Below are positions 16,680 to 21,714 of a stretch of 21,714 nucleotides of DNA, piece after piece (the stretch's first letter is position 1; the number at the start of each line of letters is the position of its first letter). The notes beneath the pieces were generated by a model. It made no database searches and had not been told where the DNA came from. It saw only the letters and a program-made list of their open reading frames with translations. The DNA is taken from the IMG/VR virus record IMGVR_UViG_3300029643_000012; one strand, given 5' to 3'. The stretch is from a virus. Its lineage: Duplodnaviria > Heunggongvirae > Uroviricota > Caudoviricetes. The position numbers were made by a program, and so were the translations under genes.

Positions 16680-17465
16680 ATGAGTACAGCACTCGCAACG
16701 CTGGCAGGGAAGCTGGCTGAACGTGTCGGCATGGATTCTGTCGACCCACAGGAACTGATCACCACTCTTCGCCAGACGGCATTTAAAGGTGATGCCAGCG
16801 ATGCGCAGTTCATCGCATTGTTGATCGTCGCCAACCAGTACGGCCTTAATCCGTGGACGAAAGAAATTTACGCCTTCCCTGATAAGCAGAACGGCATTGT
16901 TCCGGTGGTGGGCGTTGATGGCTGGTCCCGCATCATCAATGAAAACCAGCAGTTTGATGGTATGGACTTTGAGCAGGACAATGAATCATGTACATGCCGG
17001 ATTTACCGCAAAGACCGCAATCATCCGATCTGCGTTACCGAGTGGATGGATGAATGCCGCCGCGAACCATTCAAAACCCGCGAAGGCAGAGAAATCACGG
17101 GGCCGTGGCAGTCGCATCCCAAACGGATGTTACGGCATAAAGCCATGATTCAGTGTGCCCGTCTGGCCTTCGGATTTGCTGGTATCTATGACAAGGATGA
17201 AGCCGAGCGCATTGTCGAAAATACCGCATACACTGCAGAACGTCAGCCGGAACGCGACATCACTCCGGTTAACGATGAAACCATGCAGGAGATTAACACT
17301 CTGCTGATTGCCCTGGACAAAACATGGGATGACGACTTATTGCCGCTCTGTTCCCAGATATTTCGCCGCGACATTCGCGCATCGTCAGAACTGACACAGG
17401 CCGAAGCAGTGAAAGCTCTTGGATTCCTGAAACAGAAAGCCACTGAGCAGAAGGTGGCAGCATGA
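16680..17465 (+). CDS. bet: Bet (Red-beta single-strand annealing protein)
   Basis: 261 aa [66 protein letters not shown]... matches lambda Bet. Confidence 0.95.
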   Translation: MSTALATLAGKLAERVGMDSVDPQELITTLRQTAFKGDASDAQFIALLIVANQYGLNPWTKEIYAFPDKQNGIVPVVGVDGWSRIINENQQFDGMDFEQDNESCTCRIYRKDRNHPICVTEWMDECRREPFKTREGREITGPWQSHPKRMLRHKAMIQCARLAFGFAGIYDKDEAERIVENTAYTAERQPERDITPVNDETMQEINTLLIALDKTWDDDLLPLCSQIFRRDIRASSELTQAEAVKALGFLKQKATEQKVAA

Positions 17466-18142
17466 CACCGGACATTATCCTGCAGCGTACCGGGATCGAC
17501 GTGAGAGCTGTCGAACAGGGGGATGATGCATGGCACAAATTACGGCTCGGCGTCATCACCGCTTCAGAAGTTCACAACGTGATAGCAAAGCCCCGCTCAG
17601 GAAAGAAGTGGCCTGACATGAAAATGTCCTACTTCCACACCCTGCTGGCTGAGGTTTGCACCGGTGTGGCTCCGGAAGTTAATGCTAAGGCGCTGGCGTG
17701 GGGAAAACAGTACGAGAACGACGCCAGAACCCTGTTTGAATTCACTTCCGGCGTGAATGTTACTGAATCCCCGATCATCTATCGCGACGAAAGTATGCGC
17801 ACCGCCTGCTCTCCCGATGGTTTATGCAGTGACGGCAATGGCCTTGAGCTGAAATGCCCGTTTACCTCCCGGGATTTCATGAAGTTCCGGCTCGGTGGTT
17901 TCGAGGCCATAAAGTCGGCTTACATGGCCCAGGTGCAGTACAGCATGTGGGTGACACGAAAAGATGCCTGGTACTTTGCCAACTATGACCCACGAATGAA
18001 GCGTGAAGGCCTGCATTATGTCGTGGTTGAGCGGGATGAAAAGTACATGGCGAGTTTTGACGAGATGGTGCCGGAGTTCATCGAAAAAATGGACGAAGCA
18101 CTGGCTGAAATTGGTTTTGTATTTGGAGAGCAATGGCGATGA
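17462..18142 (+). CDS. exo: Exo (Red-alpha 5'-3' exonuclease)
   Basis: 226 aa [50 protein letters not shown]... matches lambda Exo; ATGA overlap with bet. Confidence 0.95.
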   Translation: MTPDIILQRTGIDVRAVEQGDDAWHKLRLGVITASEVHNVIAKPRSGKKWPDMKMSYFHTLLAEVCTGVAPEVNAKALAWGKQYENDARTLFEFTSGVNVTESPIIYRDESMRTACSPDGLCSDGNGLELKCPFTSRDFMKFRLGGFEAIKSAYMAQVQYSMWVTRKDAWYFANYDPRMKREGLHYVVVERDEKYMASFDEMVPEFIEKMDEALAEIGFVFGEQWR

Positions 18143-18321
18143 CCCATCCTCACGATAATATCCGGGTAGGCGCGATCACTTTCGTCTACTCCGTTACAAA
18201 GCGAGGCTGGGTATTTCACGGTCTTTCTGTTATCCGAAATCCGCTGAAAGCCCAGCGGCTGGCTGAGGAGATAAATAATAAACGGGGGGCGGTATGCACA
18301 AAGCATCTCCTGTTGAGTTAA
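18133..18321 (+). CDS. Small early-left protein (lambda orf60a-like)
   Basis: 62 aa; start overlaps the exo stop; position corresponds to lambda orf60a. Confidence 0.5.
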   Translation: MAMTHPHDNIRVGAITFVYSVTKRGWVFHGLSVIRNPLKAQRLAEEINNKRGAVCTKHLLLS

Positions 18322-18485
18322 GAACGAGTATTGATTTGGCACATAGCCTTGCTCAAATTGGAGTCAGGTTTGTGCCAATACCAGCAGAAACAGACGAAGA
18401 ATTTCATACGTTAGCCACATCCCTTTCACAAAAGCTGGAAATGATGGTGGCGAAAGCAGAAGCAGATGAGAGAGACCAGGTATGA
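18294..18485 (+). CDS. Small early-left protein (lambda orf63-like)
   Basis: 63 aa [63 protein letters not shown]. Confidence 0.5.
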   Translation: MHKASPVELRTSIDLAHSLAQIGVRFVPIPAETDEEFHTLATSLSQKLEMMVAKAEADERDQV

Positions 18486-18565
18486 CAACCACTGAATGCA
18501 TTTTTCTGGCAGCGGGCTTCATATTCTGTGTGCTTATGCTTGCCGACATGGGGCTTGTTCAGTGA
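18482..18565 (+). CDS. Small hydrophobic peptide (27 aa; possibly the 5' part of a frameshifted orf61-like gene)
   Basis: ATG at 18482 overlapping the upstream stop; MTTTECIFLAAGFIFCVLMLADMGLVQ*; the sequence continues in another frame (track ORF 18496..18678). Confidence 0.3.
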   Translation: MTTTECIFLAAGFIFCVLMLADMGLVQ

Positions 18566-18871
18566 CACCTCAGCAAGAAAACGCCCTTCGCAGCATTGCC
18601 CGTCAGGCTAATTCTGAAATCAAAAAAGTCAGACAGCAGTTTCCAAAAACGTCAATGACATTTGCCGTAGCGTACTGAAGAAGCACCGCGAAACGGTAAC
18701 GCTGAAGGGATTCACACCGACTCATTTAAGCCTGGCAATCGGCATGTTAAACGGCGTCTTTAAGGAACGATGAACATGAAAAGCAAAATTATCAGGGAGC
18801 TACAGGCTCCTTTTTTATTGTTCGCATTCACCCTCAAGCGTATTAACCAACAGTTCAGGGATTAATGAAAG

Positions 18872-19093
18872 ATGGCAGACATCATTGATTCAGCATCAGA
18901 AATAGAAGAATTACAGCGCAACACAGCAATAAAAATGCGCCGCCTGAACTACCTGGCTGTATCTGCCACTCATTGTTGTGAGTGTGGCGATCCGATAGAT
19001 GAACGAAGACGCCTGGCCGTTCAGGGTTGTCGGACTTGCGCCAGTTGCCAGCAAGATCTGGAGCTTATCCGCAAACAAAGGGGGATTAAGTGA
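18872..19093 (+). CDS. DksA/TraR-family C4 zinc-finger protein (lambda orf73-like)
   Basis: 73 aa with CxxC...CxxC (CCECGDPIDERRRLAVQGCRTCASCQ). Confidence 0.75.
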   Translation: MADIIDSASEIEELQRNTAIKMRRLNYLAVSATHCCECGDPIDERRRLAVQGCRTCASCQQDLELIRKQRGIK

Positions 19094-19419
19094 TGGCTAA
19101 CCTGCAACTTGCTGTTAAAAGTGAATACTTCGATGCCATGATTCGCGGAGAGAAAACGGAAGAGTATCGCTTGTGTAATGACTACTGGAATAAGCGAATT
19201 ATGTTCCGGGAATATGACCGCCTGATTATCACAAAGGGATATCCGAAGCGCGACGATTCCAGTCGCAGAATTGATGTTCCGTATGACGGATATGAAGTGA
19301 AGACAATCACACATCCGCACTTTGGCGATAAACCGGTAAAGGTGTTCGCTATAAAGGTGAATATCAGCACTGAATATCAATCCGCACAACACAAGGTCAA
19401 GAATGTTCAGAGTGATTGA
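19090..19419 (+). CDS. ASCH-domain-like protein
   Basis: 109 aa; contains IRGEKTEEYR, which fits the ASCH signature GxKxxExR. Confidence 0.55.
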   Translation: MMANLQLAVKSEYFDAMIRGEKTEEYRLCNDYWNKRIMFREYDRLIITKGYPKRDDSSRRIDVPYDGYEVKTITHPHFGDKPVKVFAIKVNISTEYQSAQHKVKNVQSD

Positions 19420-19642
19420 CCCTAACACCTGGTACGTCGACCACCACGGCACTCCCTGCAAAATCCTGCGTTCTACCCACAACAAAGTTCACTACATCCG
19501 AAAAGGCAGAACATGTATCGCCAGCATGTTCCGCTTTAATCATGACTTTGAACCTGTGAATAAAGCTGATGCAGATCGGATAGCAGAAGAGATCGAAACG
19601 GCAGAACACATTAAGAAGTTACGTGACATGCGCAGGAAATAG
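19403..19642 (+). CDS. Hypothetical protein (79 aa)
   Basis: ORF overlapping the upstream gene end; no family recognised. Confidence 0.4.
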   Translation: MFRVIDPNTWYVDHHGTPCKILRSTHNKVHYIRKGRTCIASMFRFNHDFEPVNKADADRIAEEIETAEHIKKLRDMRRK

Positions 19643-19781
19643 AAAAATTGATAAATTCAATACTGCATTTCTCAGCATTAAATTTATCTCTATGACCAGT
19701 CAAGAGATGTACCTGCCATGAGCTTAATATCATGTCAGATATATCGGTCACAAACTCCCTCAGCAGCTAAGAGGAGGACAA

Positions 19782-20018
19782 ATGTCTCGACTAATCACTT
19801 TACAGGACTGGGCTAAAGAAGAATTTGGGGACTTAGCACCAAGTGAGCGAGTTCTGAAAAAATACGCGCAAGGGAAAATGATGGCCCCACCCGCTATAAA
19901 AGTTGGTCGCTACTGGATGATTGACCGAAATTCCCGTTTTGTAGGAACGCTTGCAGAACCGCAACTCCCAATAAACGCAAACCCAAAACTCCAAAGGATA
20001 ATCGCTGATGGCTGCTAG
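19782..20018 (+). CDS. xis: Excisionase-like protein (Xis)
   Basis: 78 aa immediately upstream of and overlapping the integrase start; GAGGAGG ribosome-binding site upstream; AlpA/Xis-like size and position. Confidence 0.65.
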   Translation: MSRLITLQDWAKEEFGDLAPSERVLKKYAQGKMMAPPAIKVGRYWMIDRNSRFVGTLAEPQLPINANPKLQRIIADGC

Positions 20019-21150
20019 ACCCCGATCTCACAAAATCTCTATACCCAATTTATATTGCAAATTAGATAAGCGAACCGGAAAGGTATATTGGCAATACAAA
20101 CATCCACTATCCGGTCGTTTTCATAGCTTAGGAACTGATGAGAATGAAGCAAAACAAGTTGCTACTGAAGCAAATACCATTATTGCTGAACAACGTACCA
20201 GACAAATATTAAGCGTCAATGAGCGTCTGGAAAGAATGAAAGGCAGGCGCTCAGACATTACGGTGACAGAATGGCTTGATAAATATATTTCTATCCAAGA
20301 GGACAGGCTGCAACATAATGAACTAAGACCCAACTCCTATCGGCAAAAAGGCAAACCCATTCGTCTTTTCCGTGAGCATTGTGGAATGCAACACCTCAAG
20401 GATATTACCGCACTTGATATTGCCGAAATAATTGATGCTGTAAAGGCTGAAGGTCATAACAGGATGGCGCAAGTCGTGAGAATGGTGTTGATCGACGTCT
20501 TCAAAGAAGCACAACACGCAGGACATGTTCCGCCAGGATTTAACCCAGCGCAGGCAACAAAACAACCACGAAATCGAGTAAACCGCCAAAGATTGTCACT
20601 GCCCGAATGGCAGGCAATATTTGACAGCGTAAGCAGACGGCAGCCCTATTTAAAATGCGGCATGCTACTTGCTCTTGTTACTGGACAACGTTTAGGCGAT
20701 ATCTGCAATTTGAAATTCTCTGATATATGGGACGACATGTTGCACATTACTCAGGAAAAAACCGGTTCAAAACTTGCTATTCCGCTTAACCTGAAATGCG
20801 ATGCTCTGAATATTACCCTTCGTGAAGTTATATCTCAGTGCAGGGATGCTGTTGTTAGTAAATATCTGGTCCATTACCGTCACACTACCTCTCAAGCAAA
20901 CAGAGGAGACCAGGTTTCTGCGAATACTCTGACAACGGCTTTTAAAAAGGCCCGGGAAAAATGTGGCATAAAATGGGAGCAAGGAACTGCGCCCACATTT
21001 CATGAGCAGCGATCTCTGTCAGAACGGTTATATCGGGAACAGGGTCTGGATACGCAAAAGTTGTTAGGCCATAAATCCAGAAAAATGACCGACCGATACA
21101 ATGATGATCGTGGTAAAGACTGGATTATCGTAGATATCAAAACAGCATAG
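20008..21150 (+). CDS. int: Tyrosine integrase (icd-specific; e14/phage-21-type)
   Basis: 380 aa; catalytic-domain motifs (...GQRLGDI..., ...HEQRSLSERLY..., ...LLGHKSRKMTDRY... with the Tyr nucleophile); convergent with and adjacent to the icd 3' end. Confidence 0.9.
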   Translation: MAARPRSHKISIPNLYCKLDKRTGKVYWQYKHPLSGRFHSLGTDENEAKQVATEANTIIAEQRTRQILSVNERLERMKGRRSDITVTEWLDKYISIQEDRLQHNELRPNSYRQKGKPIRLFREHCGMQHLKDITALDIAEIIDAVKAEGHNRMAQVVRMVLIDVFKEAQHAGHVPPGFNPAQATKQPRNRVNRQRLSLPEWQAIFDSVSRRQPYLKCGMLLALVTGQRLGDICNLKFSDIWDDMLHITQEKTGSKLAIPLNLKCDALNITLREVISQCRDAVVSKYLVHYRHTTSQANRGDQVSANTLTTAFKKAREKCGIKWEQGTAPTFHEQRSLSERLYREQGLDTQKLLGHKSRKMTDRYNDDRGKDWIIVDIKTA

Positions 21151-21160
21151 AAAATAGCCA

Positions 21161-21199
21161 GTTTTGGGGAAGGGTTTTGGGGAAAGTTTTGGGGAAGAT
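21161..21199. repeat. Three tandem 13-bp direct repeats (GTTTTGGGGAAGG-like) between int and icd
   Basis: gttttggggaagg gttttggggaaag ttttggggaaga read directly from the sequence; candidate arm-type recombinase or accessory-factor binding sites. Confidence 0.6.
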
Positions 21200-21218
21200 T
21201 TTACATCATCATAAAACA

Positions 21219-21241
21219 ACGGGCGTGTTATACGCCCGTTT
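21219..21241 (-). terminator. Rho-independent terminator for icd (minus strand)
   Basis: AACGGGCGT-GTTAT-ACGCCCGTT, followed on the minus strand by GTTTTAT, about 25 bp after the icd stop. Confidence 0.65.
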
Positions 21242-21263
21242 CAATATTTAACACATGTAGTGA

Positions 21264-21714
21264 TTACATATTCTTGATGATCGCGTCACCAAACTCTGAA
21301 CATTTCAGCAGTTTAGCGCCTTCCATCAGACGTTCGAAGTCATAGGTTACGGTCTTGGCATTGATTGCGCCTTCCATACCTTTAACAATCAGGTCAGCCG
21401 CTTCAGTCCAACCCATATGGCGCAGCATCATCTCAGCGGAGAGAATAATAGAGCCTGGGTTTACTTTGTCCTGTCCGGCATATTTCGGCGCAGTACCGTG
21501 GGTGGCTTCAAACAGGGCGCATTCGTCACCGATGTTTGCGCCAGGGGCGATACCGATACCACCAACCTGCGCTGCCAGGGCGTCAGAAATGTAGTCACCG
21601 TTCAGGTTCATACAGGCGATAACATCATATTCAGCCGGACGCAGCAGGATCTGTTGCAGGAATGCATCAGCAATCACGTCTTTAATGACGATCTCTTTGC
21701 CGGTATTCGGGTTT
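21264..21714 (-). CDS. icd: Isocitrate dehydrogenase (NADP), 3' end only (gene runs off the right edge); distal codons probably prophage-supplied
   Basis: Translation ...[66 protein letters not shown]...[10 protein letters not shown] is the Icd C-terminus. The track ORF start at 21677 is an internal Met. Confidence 0.9.
   Translation of the reverse strand, partial: NPNTGKEIVIKDVIADAFLQQILLRPAEYDVIACMNLNGDYISDALAAQVGGIGIAPGANIGDECALFEATHGTAPKYAGQDKVNPGSIILSAEMMLRHMGWTEAADLIVKGMEGAINAKTVTYDFERLMEGAKLLKCSEFGDAIIKNM

Noticed and set aside
20121-21003. Minus-strand ORFs of 70-88 aa inside the int region
   Set aside because: Antisense to the integrase gene, which has clear catalytic motifs.
21161-21199. 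Tandem 13-bp repeats considered as a CRISPR or tRNA fragment
   Set aside because: Only three contiguous units with no spacers; position between int and the att region fits recombinase or accessory-factor binding sites.
21355-21594. 79 aa plus-strand ORF
   Set aside because: Antisense to the icd coding sequence.

Overview
This window is almost entirely a lambdoid prophage, read in reverse relative to the lambda map, that ends at the 3' end of icd (isocitrate dehydrogenase) on the right. From left to right: terminase large subunit (partial) and Nu1 (minus strand), the cos site, a truncated IS629-like IS3-family element, the lysis cassette (Rz/Rz1, SAR endolysin, pinholin; phage-21 type), an OmpC-family porin moron, Q antiterminator, the nin region (RusA, NinE, Dam-like methyltransferase, NinB, Ren), P, O with ori iterons, OOP RNA, cII, cro, the OR operator region, cI, a two-gene AT-rich operon, pL/nutL, N, sieB, ral, ea10, cIII, kil, gam, bet, exo, small accessory ORFs, xis, int and the icd 3' end. 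The icd location and the S21/R21-type lysis genes are what phage 21 is known for, so this is a phage-21-like mosaic. The main candidate for an undescribed system is the co-directional, translationally coupled gene pair at 12375..13681, immediately downstream of cI in the slot that rexA-rexB occupy in lambda. It is visibly AT-rich compared with its flanks and I do not recognise either protein. All protein identifications rest on reading the supplied translations against remembered family sequences; no database search was run.
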